Both the position numbers and the translations under genes were made by a program. The notes under the pieces were generated by a model. That model was not told the DNA's origin. It saw only the letters and a program-made list of their open reading frames with translations, and ran no database searches. A stretch of 25,225 bases of DNA. It comes from an uncultured archaeon (GTDB lineage Archaea; Asgardarchaeota; Lokiarchaeia; Sigyniarchaeales; SOKP01). Shown here one piece after another: positions 1 to 9,179 of this stretch. Location: positions 741 to 25,965 of the forward strand of contig CAZALK010000029.1 in the NCBI GenBank assembly GCA_964486045.1. Reading direction: 5' to 3'. Position 1 is the stretch's first letter; each line of letters starts with the position of its first letter.

Positions 1-295
1 ATAATACTGCAGGATGGATTGTTAATTTTACAAGACTTGCTAGTTTGGATTGGACAAACATAACTTTAACAGAATCCCAAATAACAGATTTACAAAATTA
101 TGTTTTAATTGGAAGTTCAAACAAAATAACTTTAGATTATACAAATATTACAAATATAGGATTATTTAATCAAACAACTTTAGCCTTATCCATTAACACA
201 ACAAATAATATTCAAAATCTTTTAGGGGGTTTACCTATATTAAATAATACTGCAGGATGGATTGTTAATTTTACAAGACTTGCTAGTTTGGATTG
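1..295. repeat. Terminal overlap, identical to 24931-25225 (circular contig, unit length 24,930 bp)
   Basis: Both copies run ataatactgcaggatgg...gctagtttggattg, and the fibre reading frame continues across the join. Confidence 0.93.
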
Positions 296-2129
296 GACCA
301 ATGTAACAATAACAGAAAGTCAGATAAGTGATTTAGTTCATACAGTTAATGGAACAAATATCAATGTCTTAGATGTCAATGCAAGTTCTGCAACAATTCA
401 TGGCGACTTGAATATAACAGCTAACTTAACTGTTAGAAAAAATATTGATATTACGAATGGTAGTTTATTCCAACCAGTTTATCCAAGTGATGATGGTTTG
501 GTTTTATATATGCCCTTCTCAGAACCAGATGGTTCAACACAACTTGACAGAAGTCCTTATGGAATTGATGGGACTGTTTCTTCTGGAGTCAATTGTAATA
601 TTACTAATGGAAAGTATGGAGGTGGTTGTCATTTTAATGCTGTTGATACAAATAGTCGGATTCGACTTTTAGGGGAAGGTGCTACTTTTTCATCAGATAT
701 TTTTACTGCAGAAGCATGGATTAGGCAAGATGCACAATTTATTGGTTCTTTTGGATATATTATAGATAATCAAGACTCACCTAACGATGGTTGGGGTATA
801 GCTATTGAAAGTGGAAATAGAGTTTTTTGTAATTACAATTTGCCTTCTGTAATTGGAACGACTGTTCTCTCGATTTCGGGGGATACATGGTACCATGTTG
901 CTTGTGTTTCTGATGGTGTGAATCTAACTGTTTATGTTAATGGAATTCAAGAGGGTGTTGGAGCAGTAAGTGGAAGTATAAGTGAAACTGCAGATGCTAC
1001 TATTGGTAGGAGAACTACTGCAGGTGCAAACAGTGTTATTAATGGATCATTAGATGAAGTAAGGGTATATGTAAGAGCTTTAACAGCAGAAGAAATAAGA
1101 ACACATTATTTAAGAGGGCAAGGTTTTGGGGCTTCAGGTGCAATTACTGCTGATAAGTTTAGGGTTGTGAATACTTCTGGGAATATTAATTTTATTGTTG
1201 ATGAATCAGGTAATGTAGGAATAGGAACAACCAGTCCTCAAAATAAATTAAATGTTGTTGGAAGTTTTAATGTTTCAAATTCAACAGGTTTTTTAGGATT
1301 GTATCAAGGTAGTGATGCAAAAGTTGGAATCGGGACAGCAACTCCAGATAGAAATTTAGATGTTGAGGGTACAGGAGCAGTTTTAATTAAAACACAAAAT
1401 GGGGTTGCTAGTACATTGTATGGTGTGAACTCAGTTAATTTCGGAATTGTAGGAACATTGAGTAACCATGATTTTAGAATTTTTACTAATAATATTGTTA
1501 AATTCGTTGTAGAAGCAGGTGGCAACGTTGGGATTGGGGATACAACTCCAGATGCAGAATTAGATATTGTTGGAGATAGTTCTACTACAACAGACCCTAT
1601 TTTAATAGTTGATTCCTCAGGTTCTTCATCAGTTATTTTTTTGACAACTAGTGAAATACATCGTGGAACTGTGAGAGCTGATATTTCAGGAAATATTGTT
1701 TTAAATGCACAAGGTGGTAATCCTTATATAAGATTAAATGATGGTGTTCCTAATAGTGGTGCAGGTACTCAATATTTTTGTAGTGATTCTACAGGACAAG
1801 TAACAGTCTCATCATCTTGTGGTTCTTCTGCTCTAATAAAGAAAAACATAACTAATTTAGTAATTGATACTATGTCTATAATAAATCAGTTAGTACCTAG
1901 AAAATATCAATGGATTGGAAATAATGAAATCTCTATAGGATTTATCGCTCAAGAAATGGAATTTATATTGCCAGAAGCAATAGTCTATGACCAAGGAGGG
2001 AATGTAAGCGGATTTAATTATGATGTTGTTACAGCTTTAAACGTTAAGGCAATTCAAGAACTAAAAGCAGAGAATGATCTATTGAAATCAGAGTTATGTA
2101 AAAAAGACGTTACTTATGGTTGGTGTTAA
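3..2129 (+). CDS. C-terminal part of 1245-aa secreted fibre/adhesin (starts at 23322): LDWTN modules, LamG domain, GNVGIGT repeats, C-terminal peptidase S74-like intramolecular chaperone
   Basis: Frame is open from base 3. LamG motifs: GLVLYMPFSE, FTAEAWI, WYHVACV, YVNG, GSLDEVRVYVRALTAEEI. S74-like tail: SSALIKKNI, IGFIAQEM, YDVVTALNVKAIQELKAEN. Many N-x-S/T sequons. Confidence 0.85.
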   Translation, partial: NTAGWIVNFTRLASLDWTNITLTESQITDLQNYVLIGSSNKITLDYTNITNIGLFNQTTLALSINTTNNIQNLLGGLPILNNTAGWIVNFTRLASLDWTNVTITESQISDLVHTVNGTNINVLDVNASSATIHGDLNITANLTVRKNIDITNGSLFQPVYPSDDGLVLYMPFSEPDGSTQLDRSPYGIDGTVSSGVNCNITNGKYGGGCHFNAVDTNSRIRLLGEGATFSSDIFTAEAWIRQDAQFIGSFGYIIDNQDSPNDGWGIAIESGNRVFCNYNLPSVIGTTVLSISGDTWYHVACVSDGVNLTVYVNGIQEGVGAVSGSISETADATIGRRTTAGANSVINGSLDEVRVYVRALTAEEIRTHYLRGQGFGASGAITADKFRVVNTSGNINFIVDESGNVGIGTTSPQNKLNVVGSFNVSNSTGFLGLYQGSDAKVGIGTATPDRNLDVEGTGAVLIKTQNGVASTLYGVNSVNFGIVGTLSNHDFRIFTNNIVKFVVEAGGNVGIGDTTPDAELDIVGDSSTTTDPILIVDSSGSSSVIFLTTSEIHRGTVRADISGNIVLNAQGGNPYIRLNDGVPNSGAGTQYFCSDSTGQVTVSSSCGSSALIKKNITNLVIDTMSIINQLVPRKYQWIGNNEISIGFIAQEMEFILPEAIVYDQGGNVSGFNYDVVTALNVKAIQELKAENDLLKSELCKKDVTYGWC

Positions 2130-2888
2130 ATGAAAAAACTATTATTAATAACATTAATAACATTAATCTTATTTGTTAATTTAGCTTCTTCACAAGTGCA
2201 AACAATAAAGCCGATTAAATCTGGAGATCCTGCAAACTTAATCCAAGTTTGTGATAATTGCACGTTTGTAAATTTAACTAAAATAACTTATCCAAATTCC
2301 TCTTTCGCCTTGAGGGGCCAGTTTGGAATGACAAAAAGTGGTACTGAATATAATTTCACTTTTATAAATACAACAACAATAGGGTTCTATATCTATACAA
2401 GTTGCGGAGATCTCAATGGGGTAACAACCTGCTCAAGTGTGCAATTCGAAGTTACTAAATCGGGATTCGGTCTTGATATTTCTGAGGCGGTTATCTTTTT
2501 TATTTTAATTTTTATAAGTTTTTTCTTGTTTGCGTTTTTCCTTTGGGCTTCAATAGTTATTCCTTTTCCAAATGAAATAGAAATAGATGAGAAATTTAAT
2601 AAGATGGTTACAAAAGTAACAAGAACAAAATATATAAAATTAATTGCAGTTTGGTTCACGTTAGGTTTTTTTGTATGGTTTTTAAGTTTGATTTCTGCAA
2701 TCGCCAATAATTTTATTAATCTTGATATCCTAGTGAATCCAATAGTTAATATTTATATATTATTTTATATGTTACTATGGGGCTATACAATTATAGTCCT
2801 TCCCCTAATGTTGATTTTATGGTTCAAGGACCTTTTCATAAACAAGGAGATTATTAAATTTGGGAAAGCTTTCATCAACCAAAAGTAA
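2130..2888 (+). CDS. Secreted membrane-anchored protein (signal peptide, small Cys-containing beta domain, 3 TM helices); probable virion/envelope protein
   Basis: MKKLLLITLITLILFVNLASSQ signal peptide, sequons, three hydrophobic C-terminal segments; start abuts the previous stop (TAA ATG). Confidence 0.8.
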   Translation: MKKLLLITLITLILFVNLASSQVQTIKPIKSGDPANLIQVCDNCTFVNLTKITYPNSSFALRGQFGMTKSGTEYNFTFINTTTIGFYIYTSCGDLNGVTTCSSVQFEVTKSGFGLDISEAVIFFILIFISFFLFAFFLWASIVIPFPNEIEIDEKFNKMVTKVTRTKYIKLIAVWFTLGFFVWFLSLISAIANNFINLDILVNPIVNIYILFYMLLWGYTIIVLPLMLILWFKDLFINKEIIKFGKAFINQK

Positions 2889-3096
2889 AAAGAATGGCGG
2901 AGTGCCTTCAAGAATGGGATATAAATTCCACGAAGCAATCGAAGATATAAAAGATAAAAGATTAAAGAAAGGTATGGATAGAGGGAGAATATCGACGGAG
3001 AAAGTAACAAATTTAATTATTAAGCATAATAGTTGGAAAGGAGTTTCTGATGATATTATTGAAGCAGATGAGGCGGAGGTTGAGAAGTATGGTTGA
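2860..3096 (+). CDS. Small hypothetical protein, possibly RHH-like DNA-binding (start uncertain)
   Basis: Fills the gap between neighbours; strand-helix-helix-like pattern VPSRMGYKFHEAIEDIK...ISTEKVTNLII. Confidence 0.55.
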   Translation: MGKLSSTKSKKNGGVPSRMGYKFHEAIEDIKDKRLKKGMDRGRISTEKVTNLIIKHNSWKGVSDDIIEADEAEVEKYG

Positions 3097-3097
3097 T

Positions 3098-3640
3098 ATG
3101 AAAAATAAGAGGGGGCAGTTGACAATAATGATTGTATTTTTTATTTTCTTTGCCTTTGGTTTAATATTATTCTCAGGAATAAAATTATTTATTGTAAAAG
3201 AATTTCAAAATTTACTTAGTGGGATTGAGTTTCAAATAGGAAACGTTAGTTTTAATCAAACATATAATCAAACTTTAGCGCCTGCGTTAGATACGTTTGT
3301 GAGATCCTCAGATCAAGCAGGAGTGTTTTTAATATTTGGAATGATCGTTATAATGTTGTTGATAGGGTTTTTATCACAGAAGAATAATAGAATGTGGATT
3401 GCGGCGGATATTTTTATTGTGGTAATCAGTTTTATTTTAGCTGTTTATTTATCGAGAACCTTTGATGCATTTATAAATTCAAGTAGTGCTTTTTTGAATA
3501 TATATTCTGTAGATCTAGAGAGATCCTCCACGCTTATTTTAAATCTTCCATACCTAATTCCAATAGCAGGAATCTTAATTATGATTGCTACTTATGGGAT
3601 TAGAACTAAAAGGAGGGAGCCGAACGTTTTTTTAGAGTGA
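3098..3640 (+). CDS. Multi-pass membrane protein with class III (pilin/archaellin-type) signal peptide
   Basis: MKNKRG-QLTIMIVFFIFFAFGLILF followed by three more hydrophobic segments; alternative start 3089 behind GGAGGT. Confidence 0.75.
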   Translation: MKNKRGQLTIMIVFFIFFAFGLILFSGIKLFIVKEFQNLLSGIEFQIGNVSFNQTYNQTLAPALDTFVRSSDQAGVFLIFGMIVIMLLIGFLSQKNNRMWIAADIFIVVISFILAVYLSRTFDAFINSSSAFLNIYSVDLERSSTLILNLPYLIPIAGILIMIATYGIRTKRREPNVFLE

Positions 3641-3647
3641 TGTTTAA

Positions 3648-6600
3648 ATGAAAAGAATATTTATATTAATGTTTTGTATAATTTTATTAGTTGGAACCGT
3701 TAGCGCTTTTGAATGGGATAATGTTAAAAGTTATGATGAAGTAACAAATCAAATAACTATTAAAAATTCTCTTTTAGGAATTCCTTTAGACAAAATAGCA
3801 GACGTTAAACTTTTAGATAATACTTATTATTGTTCTATCCACTGTGAGGCAAACTTAGAAGTTAATCTGAATGTTGATTATGTTAACCCTTTAAAGAATA
3901 TTAATATTTACGATCTAACTCAAACAACTAGAAGAGAGATAGACAGTACTCAGTTATTATTAAGGACTACGAGCTACGAGATTGATGTCCCTAATATAAT
4001 TAGGGATTGTAAAAAAGGAGTTAATGAATATGGGGCCTGTGAAGAAATCCAAAACGGAACAATAAAAGAAACTAAATGGAACTGGGAAGAATACAACGGG
4101 GAGGATCTTCTGGCGGGACAATATTTCTTTAAAGTAAAAGGTAAAAAACAATTTGGAGATAGTGCGGATTGGACTTTAAGCATGATGGGAATTGAAACAA
4201 CAGAATGGGCCAACTGGGAGGCTGGATGGAATGTTGGTTTACTAGCTTATTATAATTTTACATCTGTAACAGAACAAATAGATCCCCCAACAAATAATTT
4301 AATTGTAAAAACAGGGGATCCACAATTTTTAATAAACGGATCAACATTTGTTATAACAAATAATCAAAGCGGTTACTTTAATTCAAGTACCCCTGATGGT
4401 TGGGTTATCAATAATTCCTTTGGATGGAATACAACTAATAATATAAGTTTTGGGGGATGGATAAAAAAACCTTCAACGGACGGTGGAAATCGTGTCTTTT
4501 CAAAAGGGGCCAACGGCATGGGATTCCATGATAGCGAGTATATTTTTGAGGACAGTATATCAACGACATTCCTAGGGGGTGCGACAACATCTTTTGCGGG
4601 ATTTAATGAATGGATATTTTTCATTACTGAAAGAAATAGCACTAGCACTTGTATTTGGGTTAATGATACTTTAACAACTTGTGGAGTAGCGAGGGCTAGT
4701 CCAGAGAATACAGCTTTCATGGATTTAGGATCAACGTCAGAGGACGTTCATGTCTATGTGGATGAATGGTTTATTTATAATAGAACTTTAACAGCTACTG
4801 AAAAAACAGATATTTATGATGGCGGGACTGGAACAAGTAGAGATCTTCAATTAAGTTTAACAACCTCTTTAGTTTCTCCTGCTAACGATACAAACTTCAC
4901 AATAGGGGAAGTTAATTTTGAGGCAAATGCTACACCAAAACAAATAAGCATTTCTAACATGACTTTATTTATATGGTACACTAATAATAGTTTGTTTCAC
5001 AGTAACTTTACAAATGTAACGGGGACAGTTGAGAATGGGACCAGTTGGAATATAACAAATTTAGGACAGGGGCGTTTTCTTTGGAATGTTTTCTCAGAGG
5101 GGACCTCTGGTTTTTCAGATTGGGATATAAATAGATCCTTTGGAGTTGATACAATCCCCCCATTAATTAATGTAACCTCTCCTCGAGAAACGTTTAACTT
5201 TGGTTTTGTTGGACAGAATCTTTCATTAAATTGGACTATTGCAGATACAAATCTAAACGCTTGTTGGTTTGAATATAATTTAACAAATACTACTTTAACT
5301 TGTGGAGATAATAATCTCTCTTTTATTTCAACGATCCAAACTAACTTAACTGTTTATGCTAACGATACTTTTGGGAATCTTAATTCTAATTTTACTCAAT
5401 GGGATTTTAGAATTTTAGAAATAAATCAAACCTTTAACAATCTAACAATAGAAGGATCGACAGAGACATTTAATATAACTGTCTTAACTAATGAAACAAC
5501 TTTAACAGTAGTAAACTTAAATTATAATGCGAGTATCTTCTCTGGAACTATTTCTAACCTCGGGGATGACTTTTATTTTATCACAAGAACAATGAGCATA
5601 CCTAATTTTAATGAAGAGTCTAACGTTTCTTTCTTCTGGGAGTTTACAGATTCTAGTAGTTTTGAGGCCAACTCGACATTAAATAATCAAACTGTGCAAG
5701 TAATAACTTTAGATAACTGTGGATCTAATACAGTTTTGATTTATAACTACACTTTAAGAGATGAAGAAAACCAATCAATAATAATAAATAATTTTACAGA
5801 GATAGAAATTAATATAGATTTCTTTAGTGAGGATCGTAGTGTTGATATTTTAAATTTTTCTAGGAAATATGAAGAGATAAATCCTGCACAAGTTTGTTTA
5901 AATATAAATCTTTCAAGCACTAAATACTCTATTGATTCAATAGTTAAGTATCAAGAAACAGAATCTTATGTTATTGAATATTATAATATCCAGGGGTTTA
6001 TTCTTCAAAATTCAACTATACCTCAGGATATAGGTTTGTTTGATCTTACTACACCAGACTCCACAGACTTTCAAATTACTTTTAAGGATGAAAATTTTGT
6101 GCAAGTTCCAGATGCATTAATCCAAATTCAAAGACAATATATTTCAGAGAATAACACTTTCAAAATAGTGGAACTTCCTAAGACAGATGCTAATGGGGAA
6201 ACCATAGGTCACTTTGTTAGAAATGATGTTGTTTATAATCTTATTGTTATAAAGGAGGGGGTTATTTTAGGAACCTTTAATAATATTATCGCTTTCTGTG
6301 CAGACTTCACTATTGGAGACTGTCAAATTTCTCTAGATGCACTGACTTCATCGACGTTAACTTTTAATTATGATGAAACAACAGGGTTAGTCTTTCCAAA
6401 TTATCCACTCTTTAACTCCACTACGAATCAGGTAACTTTCCAGTTCTTAACTGTTGATGGTAGTGTGCAAACAGTGAGGTTAAACGTTACTAGGAATGAT
6501 GTATTTGGAAATATTACTATTTGCGATGACGTATTAACAACAGCAGGGGGAACTCTTGCGTGTACCGTTCCAAGTGTAGGAGATACTTTATTAATTGCAA

Positions 6601-6887
6601 CAGTTTCCACAGGAGGGGACTCTGTATTATTATCGAATATTGATATTGATAATGTAAACTTTGGAAGTACAGGATATATAGTTTGGTTCTTCTTGAGTTT
6701 GATATTAATATTAATGGTTGGGGAAACTAAAACAGGAGTTTTTATTGCGATGTTTATAAGTTATTTAGGGGCCGTGATGTTGGGAGTGATAGAGAGGACA
6801 CTCTTTGGAATAGGCTCTGCGGGAATCTGGATCATTGTAATCACCTTAGTAGGTTTATTTAAATTAAATAAGGATAACAGACAATAA
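3648..6887 (+). CDS. 1079-aa secreted glycoprotein with LamG-like and Ig-like domains and ~3 C-terminal TM helices; probable receptor-binding/terminal spike protein
   Basis: Signal peptide; GLLAYYNF...SFGGWIK...VDEWFIYNRTLT (LamG-like); dense sequons; hydrophobic C-terminus, an architecture like fusellovirus VP4. Confidence 0.8.
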   Translation: MKRIFILMFCIILLVGTVSAFEWDNVKSYDEVTNQITIKNSLLGIPLDKIADVKLLDNTYYCSIHCEANLEVNLNVDYVNPLKNINIYDLTQTTRREIDSTQLLLRTTSYEIDVPNIIRDCKKGVNEYGACEEIQNGTIKETKWNWEEYNGEDLLAGQYFFKVKGKKQFGDSADWTLSMMGIETTEWANWEAGWNVGLLAYYNFTSVTEQIDPPTNNLIVKTGDPQFLINGSTFVITNNQSGYFNSSTPDGWVINNSFGWNTTNNISFGGWIKKPSTDGGNRVFSKGANGMGFHDSEYIFEDSISTTFLGGATTSFAGFNEWIFFITERNSTSTCIWVNDTLTTCGVARASPENTAFMDLGSTSEDVHVYVDEWFIYNRTLTATEKTDIYDGGTGTSRDLQLSLTTSLVSPANDTNFTIGEVNFEANATPKQISISNMTLFIWYTNNSLFHSNFTNVTGTVENGTSWNITNLGQGRFLWNVFSEGTSGFSDWDINRSFGVDTIPPLINVTSPRETFNFGFVGQNLSLNWTIADTNLNACWFEYNLTNTTLTCGDNNLSFISTIQTNLTVYANDTFGNLNSNFTQWDFRILEINQTFNNLTIEGSTETFNITVLTNETTLTVVNLNYNASIFSGTISNLGDDFYFITRTMSIPNFNEESNVSFFWEFTDSSSFEANSTLNNQTVQVITLDNCGSNTVLIYNYTLRDEENQSIIINNFTEIEINIDFFSEDRSVDILNFSRKYEEINPAQVCLNINLSSTKYSIDSIVKYQETESYVIEYYNIQGFILQNSTIPQDIGLFDLTTPDSTDFQITFKDENFVQVPDALIQIQRQYISENNTFKIVELPKTDANGETIGHFVRNDVVYNLIVIKEGVILGTFNNIIAFCADFTIGDCQISLDALTSSTLTFNYDETTGLVFPNYPLFNSTTNQVTFQFLTVDGSVQTVRLNVTRNDVFGNITICDDVLTTAGGTLACTVPSVGDTLLIATVSTGGDSVLLSNIDIDNVNFGSTGYIVWFFLSLILILMVGETKTGVFIAMFISYLGAVMLGVIERTLFGIGSAGIWIIVITLVGLFKLNKDNRQ

Positions 6888-7315
6888 TGGCGCAATTCGA
6901 AGTAACGTTTAATAATTTTCTGTGGCTAGGTTTATTTGTAGTTGCCTTTTTTAGCTTTGCTATTATTATTCAGGAAGATAATAATGCACCTCAAAAGTTT
7001 GGGGATGATCCTCTTGTTAACATGTCCTTCCAAAATCTAAGACAGAATATAACAACGTACCAGAATGATAGCGAGATACAATATAGTTTATTTAACGACG
7101 AGAAACCTAGACAAACTTTAACTTCGATTGTTCTATTTACAATTATCTCCTCTGGAAAAACCTTTGGCTCAATAATTATTCAAACCTTTTTCATCTTAAT
7201 TAAATTCCCATTGCTGCTTTTTGGTATTGATCCAACAATCATATCTATTCTAGTTACATGGTTGTCAATATTATTAATCATTGGGCTATGGGCCTTATAT
7301 GTGAGGGGATCCTAA
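6887..7315 (+). CDS. Membrane protein
   Basis: 142 aa with N- and C-terminal hydrophobic segments; TAATG overlap with the upstream gene. Confidence 0.8.
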   Translation: MAQFEVTFNNFLWLGLFVVAFFSFAIIIQEDNNAPQKFGDDPLVNMSFQNLRQNITTYQNDSEIQYSLFNDEKPRQTLTSIVLFTIISSGKTFGSIIIQTFFILIKFPLLLFGIDPTIISILVTWLSILLIIGLWALYVRGS

Positions 7316-7654
7316 ATGGTGTGTCAAGGTATAGAGATAATGGGGATTACGATGAACTTTGCAGATTTCTTAGTCTTTCCTACAACTTGTTTCTATCATT
7401 TCTGGTCTGTAATTTTTGCAGGGCTTTTTATTCTTCTAACTCTATTTTTATATAACAAGGAAAGGGAAGATATAATTAAGCCAGATATTATAAGCAGTGC
7501 GGGAACTGCGGCGAGTGCAGTTTGGTTGTTAGCATTGATTGGAACATTGATAACAAGTACCCAAGATTCTATCCCAATGGTACAAGTAGATATATTTATT
7601 TACATAACTGGTATTTGGATAACTATATCAGGGATCTGGTTCTTTAAGAAGTAA
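7316..7654 (+). CDS. Membrane protein (3 TM)
   Basis: 112 aa, three hydrophobic segments, abuts the upstream stop. Confidence 0.8.
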   Translation: MVCQGIEIMGITMNFADFLVFPTTCFYHFWSVIFAGLFILLTLFLYNKEREDIIKPDIISSAGTAASAVWLLALIGTLITSTQDSIPMVQVDIFIYITGIWITISGIWFFKK

Positions 7655-7698
7655 TTCAAATCGTTAAGAGATCTTACAGTCACAGGGTTCCTATGGCC

Positions 7699-7720
7699 TG
7701 TTTACAAGAAGATTTTTAAA
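7699..7720 (+). promoter_or_regulatory. Archaeal promoter: TGTTTACAAG box + TTTTTAAA TATA box
   Basis: TATA 7713-7720 lies 22-29 nt before ATG 7742; the same box recurs at 8077. Confidence 0.6.
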
Positions 7721-7741
7721 CAACTTATTCTTAAATATAAC

Positions 7742-8056
7742 ATGGGCCTTTTCAGAAAGAAGAAATCTATTAAATTTGAATTTCCGCAATCATCTATAAA
7801 AACAAATCCAAATATCTTGAGAAAAGCCACCACACGATTTAGTTCTACGGGAAATAATGTTTTTGTAGGTTACAAGGTTGGTGCGGGAAAATTCGCAAGA
7901 AGACTTAATGATCCAAAAAAAATATCTGAATATTCTAGTAAGTTATTGAAAATGAAAAAAGGATTTACGGGTAAGGGAGAAGATAGAGGAGTCCAATCAA
8001 CACCATTATATATAAATAGAAATAAATTATCTAAATTAAGATCACGGCGCTCCTAG
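7742..8056 (+). CDS. Small highly basic protein, candidate virion DNA-binding protein
   Basis: 104 aa, K/R-rich with few acidic residues, directly upstream of the capsid-like genes. Confidence 0.7.
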   Translation: MGLFRKKKSIKFEFPQSSIKTNPNILRKATTRFSSTGNNVFVGYKVGAGKFARRLNDPKKISEYSSKLLKMKKGFTGKGEDRGVQSTPLYINRNKLSKLRSRRS

Positions 8057-8076
8057 AGCCTATTTCTCGTATACGT

Positions 8077-8145
8077 TGTTTACAAGCCTTTTTAAAGAAA
8101 ACCTTATTAAATAGTTTATGAATGTTTATTCTATGAAAGGGGGTG
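8077..8145 (+). promoter_or_regulatory. Promoter/leader of capsid-like gene: TGTTTACAAG, two TATA boxes (8089-8096, 8104-8111), SD-like GGGGGTG (8139-8145)
   Basis: Motifs read directly from the sequence; the SD-like element ends 6 nt before GTG 8152. Confidence 0.55.
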
Positions 8146-8151
8146 GTTTAA

Positions 8152-8496
8152 GTGGTTAAAGGAATGGATGTTAGAAAATCAGTATTGTCCTTCGCGTTCA
8201 TCGCGTTCACATTACTTGGTGTTTTATTTGGAATGAATATCATGGCCTTCATCTTTGGAAATCTTGGACCTACCCAGGCAGGATTAACAACTGGTACAGT
8301 TGCCTTTAATGTTAGTCAAAGTATTCAAAATTATTCGCTTGTTTCCATTGAAACATATGCAAGTAATTCCAACACCCAATTTACTACTTTATCAGTAGCT
8401 ATAACCTTGGTTATATTGTTAGCTGTGTTTGCGTTCTTCTGGTTCTTCTTCATGGGAAGTCAGGGAGGAAAAGGTAGTGGTAATTTCGGGAGTTAA
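8152..8496 (+). CDS. Putative major capsid protein, short form (two hydrophobic helices with a short sequon-bearing loop; spindle-shaped-virus VP1/VP3-like)
   Basis: GTG start; hydrophobic N- and C-terminal helices, sequons NVS and NYS, Gly/Lys tail; paralogue of 8561-9178; own promoter and terminator. Confidence 0.65.
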   Translation: MVKGMDVRKSVLSFAFIAFTLLGVLFGMNIMAFIFGNLGPTQAGLTTGTVAFNVSQSIQNYSLVSIETYASNSNTQFTTLSVAITLVILLAVFAFFWFFFMGSQGGKGSGNFGS

Positions 8497-8677
8497 ACAC
8501 ACTTTATTTTTTTTAATTTTTTTATTTTATTGAGAGAGAGAAAAACAATCAAAACAAAAAATGGTTCAAGGAATGGATGTTAAAAAATCAGTATTGGCTT
8601 TTGCAGGTATAGCCTTTCTACTGTTAGGTGTCTTATTTGGAATGAATATCATGGCCTTCATCTTTGGAAATCTTGGA
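8224..8677 (+). repeat. 45-bp identical direct repeat (8224-8268 / 8633-8677) shared by the two capsid-like genes
   Basis: ttatttggaatgaatatcatggccttcatctttggaaatcttgga occurs in both. Confidence 0.9.
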
Positions 8678-9132
8678 AATGTTAATAATTTTAAGGATCT
8701 AACTGGTACGATAGACAATGAAACAGATGCTTTTCTGAATAGCACTTTTGCCGCCGTTTATAATCTCTCTGTTAATGCAGATTCTAATTTTGCAGGGGGT
8801 TTCATTGTAACAGAAGCTTATTCGATTAATATTTCTAGTGGAGCCACACTCTTACTTATCCCTGCCGCTAATTATACTGTAGAGGCCACACTTGGAACGT
8901 TGACAAATGCAACGGCTACGGCTTACCCTAATGTTACTTTTAGCGGAACTTATTTATTTAAAGGGACTCCAGAACTTATAAGTCAGGGAGTTAATAATTA
9001 CTCGCTTGAATCAATAGAAACATATGCAAGTAGTTCCAACACCCAATTTACTACTTTATCAGTAGCTATAACCTTGGTTATATTGCTAGCTGTGTTTGCG
9101 TTCTTCTGGTTCTTCTTCATGGGGAGTCAGGG
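8350..9132 (+). repeat. 116-bp direct repeat (8350-8465 / 9017-9132, 3 mismatches) shared by the two capsid-like genes
   Basis: gaaacatatgcaagta...ttcttcttcatgggRagtcaggg, compared by eye. Confidence 0.9.
8503..8531 (+). terminator. Oligo-T archaeal-type terminator between the capsid-like paralogues
   Basis: T8 and T7 runs starting just after the stop at 8496. Confidence 0.65.
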
Positions 9133-9178
9133 TGGAGGAAGAAGTAAGGGAAATCCTAGAAAGGGGAACTTTAATTAA
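8561..9178 (+). CDS. Putative minor capsid protein, long form (same two helices plus ~86-aa sequon-rich beta insertion)
   Basis: N- and C-terminal parts nearly identical to 8152-8496; the insertion carries NET, NST, NLS, NIS, NYT, NAT and NVT. Confidence 0.65.
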   Translation: MVQGMDVKKSVLAFAGIAFLLLGVLFGMNIMAFIFGNLGNVNNFKDLTGTIDNETDAFLNSTFAAVYNLSVNADSNFAGGFIVTEAYSINISSGATLLLIPAANYTVEATLGTLTNATATAYPNVTFSGTYLFKGTPELISQGVNNYSLESIETYASSSNTQFTTLSVAITLVILLAVFAFFWFFFMGSQGGGRSKGNPRKGNFN

Positions 9179-9179
9179 G

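Noticed and set aside
445-7455. Short nested or antisense ORFs within the large structural genes (e.g. 445-672, 1304-1525, 2393-2707, 4373-4720, 7258-7455)
   Set aside because: They overlap well-supported genes and show no motifs or expression signals.
7688-7699. 12-bp match (ttcctatggcct) to the outer IR end as a third recombination site
   Set aside because: Too short to distinguish from chance, and there is no further similarity.
8350-9132. Diversity-generating retroelement TR/VR pair
   Set aside because: No reverse transcriptase; only 3 mismatches, not all at adenines; both copies are coding.
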